A stretch of DNA of 64,000 nt from the IMG/VR virus record IMGVR_UViG_3300020084_000003, positions 220,777 to 284,776 of that record; one strand, given 5' to 3'. A program made the position numbers and the translations under genes. The notes under the pieces were generated by a model, which had not been told where the DNA came from, searched no databases, and saw only the letters and a list, made by a program, of their open reading frames with translations. How positions within the stretch are numbered: position 1 is the first letter of the stretch; each line of letters begins with the position of its first letter. Of this stretch, positions 10,118 to 22,519 are shown in pieces.

Positions 10118-11671
10118 TTACCAAACTCTAATGTTATCAAACTCATTGTAGTTGCCTGTTTGATCGGCACCGGCCATTATTACCAAATAATGGGTTGTCT
10201 GTGTGGCAACAAAAGTATTTGTTATTGTTCCTATTGTCATAACATCATTCACACGGAATCTCTCTCCCGAATATGAAGTTCCGCCAGTGTTAAACACCCC
10301 AATCATGGCACCAAATCTGTTTAATGCTGTTTGATCCACGCTGACGTTATAAGTTCTACCAACTGTCAACCCGGAAAGAGTTCTAACAACATAAGGATAA
10401 ACTCTGTTTGCTGATGAAGTCAATCTCATGCGTCCTAACACAAGGCTAAGTCTCGCTGCGTCTACGCTAACTGCCCATCCGTTATTGGTATCTGGTGAAT
10501 ATGCTGTATATCCGTTGGTGTTTGAGTCAAAGGTATCATTTATAACATAAACAATAGGCGCTGTTGTGACGCGGAATGTTGATGCTACACCACCTATTGT
10601 CAAAACACCATTGGTTTCTGTATTTGCTGTAGATGAAGACATTACTCTCATACGAACCAAATCATAAGGCAAAACTGAACCAGCAGTGTTTACAAATGTT
10701 CCTCCATTTATAGAATAACTACCACCGGTCACACTAATAGGTGTTGGTCCATTTATTCCAGTAATTTCAACGTTACTTGAACTTGTATCTGTTGATAATG
10801 ATGCACCAGTTATATTTGTAAATGTAAACGCATTAGGAACAGTATCAACTACAAGGTTTACACCAGAAGCTACGCGAACTGCACTTGCCAAAAGATTGAA
10901 ACCGCGTCTTGTTAAATGCAAACCATCTGTAAAATAAACTGTGTTTAATGGATCAGAAAACTCACTTATAGCTTCAAAATCTACTACAGTATATTCTAGA
11001 TTTGATGCGTTTGATCTTATCCAGTTATTGAAACCAACTCTCAAAGTTTCACGTGCAGTAGTGAAGTTGGCAACTCTAAGTAGAGTTCCAACCAAGACTT
11101 TATATCCTGCGGCTTTTGCTTTGTTTATATATGAAGTCATCGAGTTTCTAAGTGCAGTTTCAGTAATACCAGAAGTATTCATGATATCGTTAATTCCGCC
11201 AAGGATCACTAATGTATTTCTTCCACTTGAGCTATATTGTGTAGGAACGTTTCTAGACGCAAATGTGCTGTCCATTTCTGCTAATGTTCTTCCACTCACG
11301 CCCAGATTTGTCATAGGTAATCCGGTGATAGTAGCAAGCTGCGAAGGATAAGACGGAGTAACGCCATATCCTTCTGTTATGCTATCGCCGTCCAACACAT
11401 AACCAAGAGTAGCAACTAATCCTATTCTTAAACTTCTAGTTATTGTTGCCGGTGTTGCTGATCCGTTTTGTGCGACCCATACTGCACTGTAAAGACCCTC
11501 TGGCGCATTATTATAATTTCCGCCTACAACAGTCCCAGAAACGCTATCTGTTATTGGGGATGAAATTGATGTAAGATTGACAGGTGATCCATTAAAGGAT
11601 AAGGTCAAAGTTAGACTAGGGTCTGGAATCCCTGCTATCTTTGTTGGCGGTGTTATTATAAGATTTGCCAT
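10118..11671 (-). CDS. SGNH/GDSL hydrolase flanked by Ig-like domains
   Basis: Blocks GDSITEG, NLGVSG, GGIND, DGLH. Confidence 0.8.
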   Translation of the reverse strand: MANLIITPPTKIAGIPDPSLTLTLSFNGSPVNLTSISSPITDSVSGTVVGGNYNNAPEGLYSAVWVAQNGSATPATITRSLRIGLVATLGYVLDGDSITEGYGVTPSYPSQLATITGLPMTNLGVSGRTLAEMDSTFASRNVPTQYSSSGRNTLVILGGINDIMNTSGITETALRNSMTSYINKAKAAGYKVLVGTLLRVANFTTARETLRVGFNNWIRSNASNLEYTVVDFEAISEFSDPLNTVYFTDGLHLTRRGFNLLASAVRVASGVNLVVDTVPNAFTFTNITGASLSTDTSSSNVEITGINGPTPISVTGGSYSINGGTFVNTAGSVLPYDLVRMRVMSSSTANTETNGVLTIGGVASTFRVTTAPIVYVINDTFDSNTNGYTAYSPDTNNGWAVSVDAARLSLVLGRMRLTSSANRVYPYVVRTLSGLTVGRTYNVSVDQTALNRFGAMIGVFNTGGTSYSGERFRVNDVMTIGTITNTFVATQTTHYLVIMAGADQTGNYNEFDNIRVW

Positions 11672-11692
11672 AGATCAATCCTCCAAAATCTA

Positions 11693-14263
11693 TTAACTTA
11701 TAGTTGGGTCTGTAGAATGTATAACAATTTCGGATTCGTTGGCAGTTACACTATATTCATCCAAATCATTATTGGTTTCTTCTATTTGTAAACTACCACC
11801 AGAAAGTTCCGGGTCTGTAATAGCTGTATTTATGGTAGCACTTGCTGTCTGAGAAACATTTGTTGCAACAATATTAGATGCTCTTTCAGTCCATACCATC
11901 TGTCCATGTGTTACAGGAACATATGTGAAAGGATCACCGTTATCTCTAGTCACTACAACTTCGCCAGCAACAGATAATGTTCTGGTATATGTTATTGGTG
12001 TAGCACCTGTGAATGTTCCCGGTGTTATAGTAAATGTTTCTCCAACTGTCGCTGTAGATGGAGTTATTTGTGGTTGTGTCGCAGGGGTCGGCGGCTGTAT
12101 GGCTTCACCGTCAGGATTCATTCCAAAAACAGGTATGTTCCACTTAACCGCAATATCTCTCATCGCCTTTGTTATATTGGCTGGTGATTTTGCTGTATTT
12201 TGAACCAACAGTTCATAAAAATCTAAATTGCCTTGCTCACCAAGTTGAGGCTCACTGCCTGTTTGTATACCTCTATCAGAAAATAGGCTAAACATTACGT
12301 TTGATCCTATAACATCTGTTTGTTGTGTAACAAGGTTTGCAACAGGCTCAGAAACATTTGTATCCCATACAGTAACTCGCATACCATCATATCTGACTGC
12401 AACAATTCTAGGGACGTTTACTGAGTTTGCATGGTTCCAGTTAACGTCATTTCCAAAAGTTCTATCAATTGATCTTCTCATGGTCGATTGTGTTGAACCA
12501 TTTACCAAACCGGTTGTGTGAATGCCAGAGTTAATCTGACCACTAAGCGCCCAAACATAACTTGATCTTGTATCAGTTGGCTTATACGCCATGATGATAG
12601 TGTATGGTCTGTTTAATCCTCTAATAATATCTAAAAGGGAAGCTGTAGAATTTTCAAATCTGCTTCTGTCATTAGTGTTTATTCCCGTTGAAGTTATCCT
12701 CAATGCTTGCAAACCATTTTGGGCATTTGTAACCAATGTTCTTCCTGATTCGGCCCCTGCCCCTGTGAAGTTTCCGCCACTAGATGCTCTTTTGTTTATA
12801 ATAGTTGCAACCGCCTCTGGTGTGGTGACGCTCATGGTAATTCTTGTTTGGTCGGACATATCCAGCCAAACAGAAGAATCATTCCATGTTGAATAGTCTG
12901 AAACCTCTTCATGAGCAACGTTTACTGTTGTAGTTATAACTAAAGGTTGCCCCACGCCATTATCTACAGTAACTATAAAATCTAGTGGACCCGCAACTGT
13001 GCTTCTAAATGTTCTATTTCCATAGTTGAATCTATCGGTAACATCAACACCATTTTGAACAATTCTTCTGCTAACTTTAATGGGCGCTGTTCCACCGAAT
13101 TCTCCACTATTAAAAGTAAATGTAGTTCCAACTGCACCAGATGATGGCGTTATAGACGGTTGTGTGGTCACGGTAGGTGCGGTAGGAGTAGAAGGCGCTG
13201 CAATGGTGTTATTTGAACCAATTATCATTGGAGGCATGTTTCTAAACGGATGGTCAATTGGCAATGCTTCTCTTCCGCCGTAAAGCCAAGCTGCATATCC
13301 AGAAAGCAATGTTTTTTCTTCTAGAGTCAATAATCTAGTAAATACTAACACTTGGCATCCATGACCACCCCAAGATGAAATGCTTCCAGCTTTACCCCAC
13401 ATGGATAGACCAAAATCTCTAAAAATGTTGGTTCTCCATTCTATCAATTTTGTTGGAAATAGAATGCCGGGAGAATGATCCCTGTCACTATTACCAGCAT
13501 AATCAAATGCGCTACCTTGGCCTTGCGTATTCCATCCGAATTCATTTGAATACATCGCCAACTGTCTCCAATCGTTGGAAGTATTTGAGACAGAAGCCAA
13601 AATATTTGTAGCTGACGGCAAGCTGTTGTCTTGCGCTCTTGCTATTATAAATGCAGTTGCAGCATTTGGAATGTTAGGAGCCATTAATCTACGTCTACTA
13701 ACACTGTCAACTGGTGAATAAATTGTTCTTTGTCCTTCCAATGTTCCAACTCTAGGAATATCATTTGAGGCTGTTGGAACTGTAGCAACTATATTATTCC
13801 ACCTATCTGTGACGCCTGTTGTTAAAGTTGGATCATTTGCGTCCAAAACAGCATGGCGCATATCGAACCATGCTGCACGTGCAGTTGGATCAATTGCGTT
13901 TGGTGTCCACATTTGAATTGAATTACTATCGCCACATTTAATTTCTGCACCTTCATGCTGCATGGTTAATACAAAAGTATTTCCTGTAGCATTAGGTATA
14001 GCAACACCGTTTGCAGTCCATTGTCCCGCAATTGTTGAAGAGTAAGTAGAGCCTGCATAACCACTACCAGAGGATATTGAAATGACCGGTGCTTCAACAT
14101 TTTCTATATCTAATGTTGTTCTTTCAATATATTCACCGACAGTTCTAATTTGCAAGTTAACGCCAGAAGGATAACTACTTACAGAAAAGTTTGTTGTGCC
14201 GGGATAATAAGTCCATTCACCATCTGGTCCAACTCGGACTAGCACACCTGATATATTAGGCAT
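11693..14263 (-). CDS. structural/fibre protein with Ig-like and LamG-like domains
   Basis: AAWFDM and VWLDMSD LamG-type starts; PTVTTQPSIT Ig repeats. Confidence 0.55.
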   Translation of the reverse strand: MPNISGVLVRVGPDGEWTYYPGTTNFSVSSYPSGVNLQIRTVGEYIERTTLDIENVEAPVISISSGSGYAGSTYSSTIAGQWTANGVAIPNATGNTFVLTMQHEGAEIKCGDSNSIQMWTPNAIDPTARAAWFDMRHAVLDANDPTLTTGVTDRWNNIVATVPTASNDIPRVGTLEGQRTIYSPVDSVSRRRLMAPNIPNAATAFIIARAQDNSLPSATNILASVSNTSNDWRQLAMYSNEFGWNTQGQGSAFDYAGNSDRDHSPGILFPTKLIEWRTNIFRDFGLSMWGKAGSISSWGGHGCQVLVFTRLLTLEEKTLLSGYAAWLYGGREALPIDHPFRNMPPMIIGSNNTIAAPSTPTAPTVTTQPSITPSSGAVGTTFTFNSGEFGGTAPIKVSRRIVQNGVDVTDRFNYGNRTFRSTVAGPLDFIVTVDNGVGQPLVITTTVNVAHEEVSDYSTWNDSSVWLDMSDQTRITMSVTTPEAVATIINKRASSGGNFTGAGAESGRTLVTNAQNGLQALRITSTGINTNDRSRFENSTASLLDIIRGLNRPYTIIMAYKPTDTRSSYVWALSGQINSGIHTTGLVNGSTQSTMRRSIDRTFGNDVNWNHANSVNVPRIVAVRYDGMRVTVWDTNVSEPVANLVTQQTDVIGSNVMFSLFSDRGIQTGSEPQLGEQGNLDFYELLVQNTAKSPANITKAMRDIAVKWNIPVFGMNPDGEAIQPPTPATQPQITPSTATVGETFTITPGTFTGATPITYTRTLSVAGEVVVTRDNGDPFTYVPVTHGQMVWTERASNIVATNVSQTASATINTAITDPELSGGSLQIEETNNDLDEYSVTANESEIVIHSTDPTIS

Positions 14264-14284
14264 TATATGCTCCTTTATTATTCA

Positions 14285-15823
14285 TTATGGTAGAGTTCCT
14301 TCTGGAATATCAGTAAGAGTAAATCCACTTGGATAATACCCAATATCTCTTATAAACATGTCACCGTGGTTTCCACGACCTTCATCTGTGTTATATTGGT
14401 CTGCTGTATATGTAGATGATGATCTAACAGCAACGTTTGCCATTGGAAAATATTGTCTTCTAGTTTGCATGTCTTGGTGACGTGCATAAAGAATTGATTC
14501 ATATATTTCAATATCGTCATAGAAATAAACAACTTTTGATCTACGGGTGTCAACGTCATCCCATATAACAGCACAAGCATAACTATGATAATCTTGGTCC
14601 CATCCTGTGGTTGCGCCAGTTACCAAGTTTGCTTCAATATGTGTCCCATGCGCTCCAACTCTTACGCTTGAACCAAAGTTACCATAATGCTGACCACAAT
14701 GTGTAGTATATCCTGTTATTGTATCATTGTTATATATCTGATTGAATTGCTCCATAATATCAATTTCAGGAGGCCATTGACCCCAAGGTGAAGTCGCACC
14801 CTCAAGTGATCTACCAATTAACCAAAATGCGGGCCATGTGTAACGACGACGAGGGGTTTTGGCAACCATTCTCCACACACCAGCGTTTCCACAAACAGAA
14901 TCAAGTCTTTGTCCATTCATCATCACGGCCTGATGCTTGTATGTTCTTCCGTTATATGAATAAGGAGCATTATCTGGAAAAGCCTCAGTATGTAATCTCA
15001 AAGCCTGTTCAGTTGAACTATAGCTAAATGGGTTCAAATGTCCCGGCATATAATTGTTTAAATAAACTCCGGTTTCGCCGTTACCGTCTTGTGAGTGTCC
15101 ATGAGCAGGACGACCGCGCCATGTTCCAGTAGCAGCGGTTCCGGTTGATGCATTGTTTAAATAACCAGTTTCAGTTGGGTCTATTGTAGCAGGGTTGAAT
15201 GTATTATTTCTTACTGCACCTGTAAGGTTTAGACGTTTCATTGGTCTGTGGAATTGTGTTGGCATTGTTGGATGGGTTGCACCATTTCTAAAAGTAATTG
15301 TGCATGACCCAGAAGCGCCAGTAGAACCTCTAAAAGTAAAGTTTACTCTTACACTGTTTCCGTCAGAATAAGAAGCATTTGGAAATTGAAGTCTAACCCA
15401 ATGAATAAGATCATCGCCTATTGACCAACGATATGTTCTAGGAGTATAATAGTTTAATTGGTTTGCGGAGCTACCTACGTTGATAGTTCCGCCTGTCACG
15501 TTACTCAAACCGCTGATATAAGCTATCATTGAATGTGTATTTGTATGAGTTGCTGTTATTGGAATCCAGACAACGTTTTGTCCAGATGGAACATCCAAAG
15601 TCGATGGAACAGTCAAATTTGATCTAGTTGCGGTTGTCCATATCGCAGGAATATTTTCTGGAACTGGTGTTAAAGTCAATAACTGGTAAATATCAGTTAC
15701 GGTTAAAATTTCCAATTCTGTTAATGGTCCAAGACCGACCACTGCGTATTCTGGTGTTCCCGCGTGAAAAACCCACGGGCCACCAGATTTTGGACGAACA
15801 ACAATACCAATAGCATCTGCCAT
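14285..15823 (-). CDS. glycoside hydrolase family 16 protein
   Basis: WPAFWL..WPPEIDIMEQ (ExDxxE catalytic motif). Confidence 0.85.
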   Translation of the reverse strand: MADAIGIVVRPKSGGPWVFHAGTPEYAVVGLGPLTELEILTVTDIYQLLTLTPVPENIPAIWTTATRSNLTVPSTLDVPSGQNVVWIPITATHTNTHSMIAYISGLSNVTGGTINVGSSANQLNYYTPRTYRWSIGDDLIHWVRLQFPNASYSDGNSVRVNFTFRGSTGASGSCTITFRNGATHPTMPTQFHRPMKRLNLTGAVRNNTFNPATIDPTETGYLNNASTGTAATGTWRGRPAHGHSQDGNGETGVYLNNYMPGHLNPFSYSSTEQALRLHTEAFPDNAPYSYNGRTYKHQAVMMNGQRLDSVCGNAGVWRMVAKTPRRRYTWPAFWLIGRSLEGATSPWGQWPPEIDIMEQFNQIYNNDTITGYTTHCGQHYGNFGSSVRVGAHGTHIEANLVTGATTGWDQDYHSYACAVIWDDVDTRRSKVVYFYDDIEIYESILYARHQDMQTRRQYFPMANVAVRSSSTYTADQYNTDEGRGNHGDMFIRDIGYYPSGFTLTDIPEGTLP

Positions 15824-15836
15824 AATAAACTCCTAA

Positions 15837-18800
15837 TTAATTTGTTGGAAACTGAACTGTGAAACCAGAAACAGTTGGCGTGAATGTAGCATCACCTATA
15901 GGGGATAATGTTACTATATTTATACCGTCAGGAATAGATTCTATTTGACTAGGTTCTGGCGGCGGCAATGCTATTGTGTGTGGGGCTGGCGACCCATCGA
16001 CGCCAACTCCAAATTTAAAGTATGTCGCTGCTGGACGAGATAGCGCAGAGAATACACCGGCATAAATTGTTCCAGTGAAAGGTGCTGGATCGGTATAATC
16101 AATTTGCCATCCTGTAGGTTCAGGTGTTCCAACGTTCCACATTTTTGCGCGAATTCTCCCAGAAGTCCATCTTGCTCTAATAGCAACAGGTTGGTCAACC
16201 ACAACATCTTGGTTCAAAGTGACAGATGCGGCTTCTGGATGAGTGCCGTTAGTAGTTCTACGACGCAAACGGAATATTTCAGTAGCAGGGTTTATATCCA
16301 AACGATACAATCCACCACCGCTAGATACAGTATCAGTAGCAAAAATGAATTCCAATGAAGAACTGTTATTGTTTGAAGTTTGACCTTCTGAATAGAATTC
16401 AATATCTGTTGAACTTGACAATCCGGTATACAATACGCCAGCGTCACCACTAGCAGCACTAGTAACCTGTTGCAGAACTGTTCTACCATTCATTGTGCCA
16501 AATGTGAAGTTTGGCAGGTTGGTTGACAGATGCGCCCAAGGTGCAACTATAGGTCCAGCGGTATTCTCAGAGAAATTGGTGTAATACTGAGTTACTACTG
16601 GCTCTGGTTCTGGTTCTGGATCAGGTTCTACTACTACAGGTGTAAATCTTCTTATAGATAGACCGCTTAGATATGCATAAGTGCTACCAGTTTTTGGTCT
16701 AACAGTTAAAGTAATAACACCAGAAGAGTTTGCAACTACATCCATATTGACTTCAACTGGCGGAACAGTAGATGTGTTTAATTCAACTATCTGTCCAGCC
16801 GGTCCCACATATTCGCTGTATCTTGGCTCTGCAAGCTCACGACTTGCTACAATTCCCAATCTATAATTGGCATTAGGAACTGCGCCAGATATAGTCAATA
16901 TCATGGTAACAGATTGTGAAACATATATATTCTCTCTAACAATTTCAGCAGAAAGAAGCTGACCATTATATGCAGGAAGTGATCCAATTACACCGTTCGC
17001 GTTAGTCATACGACCCGGATTTGTTGCGCCCAATGATGGGTTTCCAGTAAATGATGAAGTCATAGACATGCCAGATGATGCACCATCAATATATCTAATA
17101 TTTGCTACTGTAGGAGTTTGTGTCTCGTTACCATAAGCATTATTATATACGTTAGCAGGCGCAGGAGGATGCTGTGAACCAGTGAAGTTTATTATCGCCA
17201 AAGATGTTGACTCTGGATCGACAACTGGTGGAACATATACTCTTTCTTCCAATTCTACCGGCACTTGATCGTTTAGGACTTCTACGACTTTATCAAGTAT
17301 CCATGTTTTAAATGATGTATATCCAGAAGCAGTCAAGTGGACATTATCAGAACTTAACCATGTGTCATGATCTTGCAAAACTTTACGATAAAAATCAAAC
17401 TTAGGTCTTCCATAAGGCGCTATGGCATGAGGGAAGTTGGTTTGAATCCAAGGTTGGATTATATTTTCGTTATAGGGTTTTGTGCCACGGGATGGGTCTT
17501 GGAATGCCATACCATCATAATTTCTAAAAGTAAGGTTTGCTGGATAGTATCTATCGTCATCCCTTGCTGCGTTTAGAAGGTTTGAAAGGCGAGTATTGAA
17601 TGTTGATTCTCCACCCGGATATGGTCTGTTATTTGTAACATCATTTCCGCCAAAGTGAGAAATAATCAAAGCATTAGGATGCGCTGCTCTTGCTGCGTTA
17701 TAATACGTAGGAGCCGCTTCCAATGTTGCACCACCGACTGCATGACCATAAACAGGAATTGATTGTCCATTATATTCAACTGTTGTGTTTGGAGTTGTCA
17801 AACTATTTCCAAACATTGAATTCATTAAGCTTGCGCCTATGACTACGACTGAATCAATTTCAGCAGGAGTTGGTTCTACTGGTGTAGATGCTTGGCTACC
17901 AACCCAAATTCTGGCAGCTTCTCTTTCTGCATCACTTGGAATGGATGTTGACAAAACGTATCCAGAAACATCAATGATAATATCTTGTGCCCAAGACATT
18001 AAATACATTGAAGTGGAATTGTTCATTGTTCCAGCAGCATTATTTTCAACTTCTAGAACGCCGTTCTTCCACATACGCAAGGTTGTTCCAAATCTTTCAA
18101 CTTCATAGGTATCCCATTGATCGCGAGAACCATTTACAGTATGACTTGGCAAGCTTGAAGTAGTTGCTACGTTTCCGCTTGCTGCAATTTGTATAACTTC
18201 ATATGGAGTAGGTTCAGTATAAATTATGCTTATATGACCGTCAACGCCACCTGTAACTCTTGCTCTCCAACAGACATAGAATCCATCCATTGATATTCCA
18301 CTAACTGAGTTTTGGAAACCAGTAAATCTTAGTGCATTATCAACTATTGTAGGGCTAGGACCATTTTTACTTGGACCATTATAGCCGTTTGCATTCCAGC
18401 TAATTAATGTATTTGCTGGAAGACCATCAACTGGTTCAGTTTCAGCTATAGTTATAGTGTTTGTCACACTGGTTGCATTTGGAGAAATACCATTTGACCA
18501 TGTTACAACTGCACTATATTCACCTTCGCCCATAATTGATTTATCAAGTGTCAAGCCATTTGCACCATCAATGTCTGTTCCATTATAACGCCATTGTTGA
18601 GTTGCAGTTGGTGTTGGAGTTCCACTTGCTGCACCTATATTAAGTGTCAACATTCCGCTAACGGAGGTTGAACCAATAATTGTTGCTTGTGTTGTTACAA
18701 CAGGTGCGGTATCGGCTGGTGGAGTTACAACTTCACCATATGTTGGTAGTAGATCACCAAATTCTTCGAAAGTATATGTTGGAGTAGCATTTTCGGTTCC

Positions 18801-21800
18801 ACCCATACCAATTGATTCTTCTGAATTTGCAATTTCCCATGCAACTCTTTTAAAGTATGCGTCCAATTCCGCAGACATTATAGAAGTTGGCGGTGAATAG
18901 GTTGAATTTCTTTGGTCTGATTGATATAGACATGTGTGAACAAATACTGAAAGCGCATAAGAAGCTAGGTTTCCAGTATGAATATCATCAATGAAAAGTT
19001 GTCTATGATCGGTAATACCGGGAACAAGGCCAGCTTGAATATCGTCATAAACACGTATCATCCACGCATGACCGGGGAATGTCCATACTCTCCAATTTGC
19101 AGGAAGATTTGGATACATTTGTTTCATTTTCCATGTAACATACTCGGCCATGAAGCGGAAACTTCTTCCGTATTCTACGCAACTACCTCTAAATCCGCCA
19201 AATTGGCTCCATTCTGCTTCGTTATTTCCGCCAGCACCAATCCAGCCTTCTACGTTCGGCCAAATTGACCACAAAATAGTAGAAGCGCCGTTTGGACCCT
19301 TACCATTAAGATAAGAGTTTTGTGCATATCTTAGCAAATCTCTGCAAGAATCTGCCATCCAAGGTCCACCGACTCTAGATGGTGGACCACCCTCAGTAAT
19401 CATCAATACATCAAACAATGAAATATCTCTACGAGGATCATATGGTTCCGTTGGATTTTCCCAACGGAACCACATCGGAGAACCGGGTATTGTTGCTTTA
19501 GTGTGGTTTTCTGGTGTCCATTGGTAGGTATCAGGGAATTCGCCAATGTAAACATTTCTCATGTTACCCGGCCAACCATCTATTGAAGAGTTTACATAAG
19601 CATCGGTTAAGCTATGTCCGCTATGAATATGTAAAGTATTCGCAGTAGATGCAGTTCTAAGATTTTCTGAACCACCACCTGTATCGCCGCCGCCAGTGTC
19701 ACCACCACCGGGATTATTTGGAGCAACCCATGTATCACCTTCCATCCAACCAATGAAATCTCTGCCCTCATTTGGACCTTCATTTTGGTTATTATAGTTA
19801 ATAATTGCGGTATAGCGAGGGTTATAATCGCCAGCATAGCGCATGGCACCCCAGAAACCATGACGACCGGGCGCAGCGCATTCAACGAATACGTTAAATA
19901 GTAATCCACCTATATCGTAATATCTGGTGATAATGTTAGTATACAATTCGCCCATTTGTGAGCTATAGTGGAATCTAGCATAAAAATCTAGTAATGTTGG
20001 ATCAGCATCTAGTGCAGGGTGATGAACCACAATATGGCTTCCACCTTCATACATTATCAAATCAAGACCAGCAGCAGTTGCTTCTGTTTTATGATATTGT
20101 ATAGTTGCTATAACGTTATCAATTGAACCGTTAGCGCCTGATGGAATATGGCGACCGTCAAGCATTTGATCGCGCATACGATTGAATGCTTCGGTATCAC
20201 CCAAAGAACGCCATTCTTGAACAATTGGTATATTTTCTTCTCTTCCAAGGCCACCGTCAAAGTATCCTGTTACCGCATATCCGTGGCAGTAATTCTTAGG
20301 TGCCTGACGACCCTCTTGCATACCAACCCAACGTGGAGAATTCAAGCTGCCCCATTCTAGACCCATCCATCCAGTATGAACGGCCATGACGTTATAATGA
20401 CGATTAGTAGTTCCAGCATAAACAGCATTAATAAGCATTGACATTTCTGCCACTCTACCGCCATAAAACTGCATATATCCATCACCGCCAGCACTATCAG
20501 GCCACAATTCAGTAGCTTGTGCCAATGCATAATGAGCTTGTGAAAACTGCCAGTTCCAGACTTCGTTTGAATATTCGTAGTGCGCTTTAAGCTTTGGATT
20601 TAGATTGTTTCTTACATATGTTGCAAAATTTGTTATATATTCGTCAGTTGCCATATGAGGGAAACAGAACCAAGGATCAGAACCAATGGTATTTGCCAAT
20701 CTAACCATAATTTCCAATGGAACGCCACCAGCTTTGCTATAAGTGCAATGTGAAGGTAGAGTGCGCTCTGACCAATTAGAAATAATAGAATTGTTTGTGT
20801 CCATCCAATCCATGAAACGAACAACACGCATATTATTTATTGCATCCAACCAAACCGGTCTGAATATTTCACCGGAATTGAATATGCCCAAATGTTCGGT
20901 TTTAACACAAGTTATATTTTTGATAGGATTTGTTTCAACAATTGAAGTAATGTCAACAGAAACCAAACCTTGACCCGGAACGAAATCAAATTCTATCCAG
21001 TTTGTTCCATTAGTTCTAGATGAAACTCTACCATTTACAGCTATAGTCCCTGCACCTGTCCATGACAAGCGGTATCTACCAGCCATTGTAACATCATCTT
21101 CTTGTAAATCTACCAATATTAATGCGCTAAGTGAACTACAATCACTCGGCATAGCAATAGGCCAGCCATTTTCATCTAGATAACCATTTGCTCTTAGATT
21201 TGAGTTGGTTCTTTGTGTCCATTCGGTTGCAGAACGACCTTCCCAATTTCTGCTAGTTTTCATAACATCCAAAAATGGTTGGTTTGAACCCCAATCTGCT
21301 ATACCATTTAGACCCATAGCCAATGGTGGGTTTGTTCTAGCTGTAATTGTTCCGGTTGAACCTGTTGGTGCAGCAGTAATAGTTACAGAAGTAGGATTGG
21401 TAACACCATTAGATAGTGTTATTACACAAGATGGAACAGCATTTTCGCCTTCCGGTCTTACGAAAGTTGAACTAATTTGTCCTGCTACTGCAACGCCGTC
21501 AATAAACCACTGGTATGAAACCACTGGAATCGGTTTGCCCAAAAATGAACCTTGTGAACAAAATAGAGTATCGCCCGGCAAATTGCCGCCACTAATTGTA
21601 GGTTGAACCAAGAATGAAGGTTGAACATTTCTTGCAATAGTTTTTAAATTAATTCCACCCGCAGTGAATGTTGACACTTGATGCCAATCCGCAGGAATTG
21701 GATCATTTTCATTTATCAAAATCATTGTATTTTCAGGCAAATCGGCTGGACCGCCTTCGCTATTTCCGCTTGGACCTTGTGGGCCTACCGGACCTTGAAT

Positions 21801-22499
21801 ACCCTGTGGACCTACCGGACCAATTGGGCCTGCTGGACCTTGGATACCTTGTGGTCCAGTATTTCCAGTTAAACCAATTGGGCCTTGTGGTCCTTGTGGG
21901 CCAACCGGTCCCTCTGGACCTTGTTCGCCTCTAATGCCCTGTGGGCCTGTGTTTCCAGTTAAACCAATTGGCCCTTGTGGACCCATTGGACCCTCTATAC
22001 CATCTGCCCCTGCTGGACCTTGGATACCTTGTGGACCTGTGTTTCCAGTTAAACCTATTGGGCCTTGTGGTCCTATTGGACCGGCTGGACCTGACGGGCC
22101 TGCGATACTTCCACCACTTACATATTCCTGACCATCATAGAACCACAAATTAGTTCCTACAATGTAAGTGTCGCCTATTTCTGGTTCTGGATCAAGAGGA
22201 AGCTCTGATACACTTTCAAATAAACCAAGTATTGTAGAATTGCTTCTAGTTTTTCTTCTTGAAAATTCATCAAAATTTACTTCTGCTTCTACGCCTTCCT
22301 CATATGTTCTTAAACGAACATCCATGTTCGCAGGAATAACGGTAACGAATCCAGAACGAATTCTAGAATTAGTCTTAACCGATGAGCCACTAGGAGAAAA
22401 TTCTACTAATACAACATCCCCGGAGGATACATTGAATATAGTAGAACCTGTGGTTTTAATTACTTGTGACCACTGATTGTTTACCGTTATTAACGCCAT
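15837..22499 (-). CDS. 2220-aa multi-domain fibre: collagen, Ig, GH-A-like domain, two SGNH-like domains, lectin-like modules
   Basis: G-X-Y repeat; [13 protein letters not shown]; [12 protein letters not shown]; IGASLMN..GGND..DNVH. Confidence 0.7.
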   Translation of the reverse strand: MALITVNNQWSQVIKTTGSTIFNVSSGDVVLVEFSPSGSSVKTNSRIRSGFVTVIPANMDVRLRTYEEGVEAEVNFDEFSRRKTRSNSTILGLFESVSELPLDPEPEIGDTYIVGTNLWFYDGQEYVSGGSIAGPSGPAGPIGPQGPIGLTGNTGPQGIQGPAGADGIEGPMGPQGPIGLTGNTGPQGIRGEQGPEGPVGPQGPQGPIGLTGNTGPQGIQGPAGPIGPVGPQGIQGPVGPQGPSGNSEGGPADLPENTMILINENDPIPADWHQVSTFTAGGINLKTIARNVQPSFLVQPTISGGNLPGDTLFCSQGSFLGKPIPVVSYQWFIDGVAVAGQISSTFVRPEGENAVPSCVITLSNGVTNPTSVTITAAPTGSTGTITARTNPPLAMGLNGIADWGSNQPFLDVMKTSRNWEGRSATEWTQRTNSNLRANGYLDENGWPIAMPSDCSSLSALILVDLQEDDVTMAGRYRLSWTGAGTIAVNGRVSSRTNGTNWIEFDFVPGQGLVSVDITSIVETNPIKNITCVKTEHLGIFNSGEIFRPVWLDAINNMRVVRFMDWMDTNNSIISNWSERTLPSHCTYSKAGGVPLEIMVRLANTIGSDPWFCFPHMATDEYITNFATYVRNNLNPKLKAHYEYSNEVWNWQFSQAHYALAQATELWPDSAGGDGYMQFYGGRVAEMSMLINAVYAGTTNRHYNVMAVHTGWMGLEWGSLNSPRWVGMQEGRQAPKNYCHGYAVTGYFDGGLGREENIPIVQEWRSLGDTEAFNRMRDQMLDGRHIPSGANGSIDNVIATIQYHKTEATAAGLDLIMYEGGSHIVVHHPALDADPTLLDFYARFHYSSQMGELYTNIITRYYDIGGLLFNVFVECAAPGRHGFWGAMRYAGDYNPRYTAIINYNNQNEGPNEGRDFIGWMEGDTWVAPNNPGGGDTGGGDTGGGSENLRTASTANTLHIHSGHSLTDAYVNSSIDGWPGNMRNVYIGEFPDTYQWTPENHTKATIPGSPMWFRWENPTEPYDPRRDISLFDVLMITEGGPPSRVGGPWMADSCRDLLRYAQNSYLNGKGPNGASTILWSIWPNVEGWIGAGGNNEAEWSQFGGFRGSCVEYGRSFRFMAEYVTWKMKQMYPNLPANWRVWTFPGHAWMIRVYDDIQAGLVPGITDHRQLFIDDIHTGNLASYALSVFVHTCLYQSDQRNSTYSPPTSIMSAELDAYFKRVAWEIANSEESIGMGGTENATPTYTFEEFGDLLPTYGEVVTPPADTAPVVTTQATIIGSTSVSGMLTLNIGAASGTPTPTATQQWRYNGTDIDGANGLTLDKSIMGEGEYSAVVTWSNGISPNATSVTNTITIAETEPVDGLPANTLISWNANGYNGPSKNGPSPTIVDNALRFTGFQNSVSGISMDGFYVCWRARVTGGVDGHISIIYTEPTPYEVIQIAASGNVATTSSLPSHTVNGSRDQWDTYEVERFGTTLRMWKNGVLEVENNAAGTMNNSTSMYLMSWAQDIIIDVSGYVLSTSIPSDAEREAARIWVGSQASTPVEPTPAEIDSVVVIGASLMNSMFGNSLTTPNTTVEYNGQSIPVYGHAVGGATLEAAPTYYNAARAAHPNALIISHFGGNDVTNNRPYPGGESTFNTRLSNLLNAARDDDRYYPANLTFRNYDGMAFQDPSRGTKPYNENIIQPWIQTNFPHAIAPYGRPKFDFYRKVLQDHDTWLSSDNVHLTASGYTSFKTWILDKVVEVLNDQVPVELEERVYVPPVVDPESTSLAIINFTGSQHPPAPANVYNNAYGNETQTPTVANIRYIDGASSGMSMTSSFTGNPSLGATNPGRMTNANGVIGSLPAYNGQLLSAEIVRENIYVSQSVTMILTISGAVPNANYRLGIVASRELAEPRYSEYVGPAGQIVELNTSTVPPVEVNMDVVANSSGVITLTVRPKTGSTYAYLSGLSIRRFTPVVVEPDPEPEPEPVVTQYYTNFSENTAGPIVAPWAHLSTNLPNFTFGTMNGRTVLQQVTSAASGDAGVLYTGLSSSTDIEFYSEGQTSNNNSSSLEFIFATDTVSSGGGLYRLDINPATEIFRLRRRTTNGTHPEAASVTLNQDVVVDQPVAIRARWTSGRIRAKMWNVGTPEPTGWQIDYTDPAPFTGTIYAGVFSALSRPAATYFKFGVGVDGSPAPHTIALPPPEPSQIESIPDGINIVTLSPIGDATFTPTVSGFTVQFPTN

Positions 22500-22519
22500 A
22501 TCTTGCCTCTTAAATCAAA

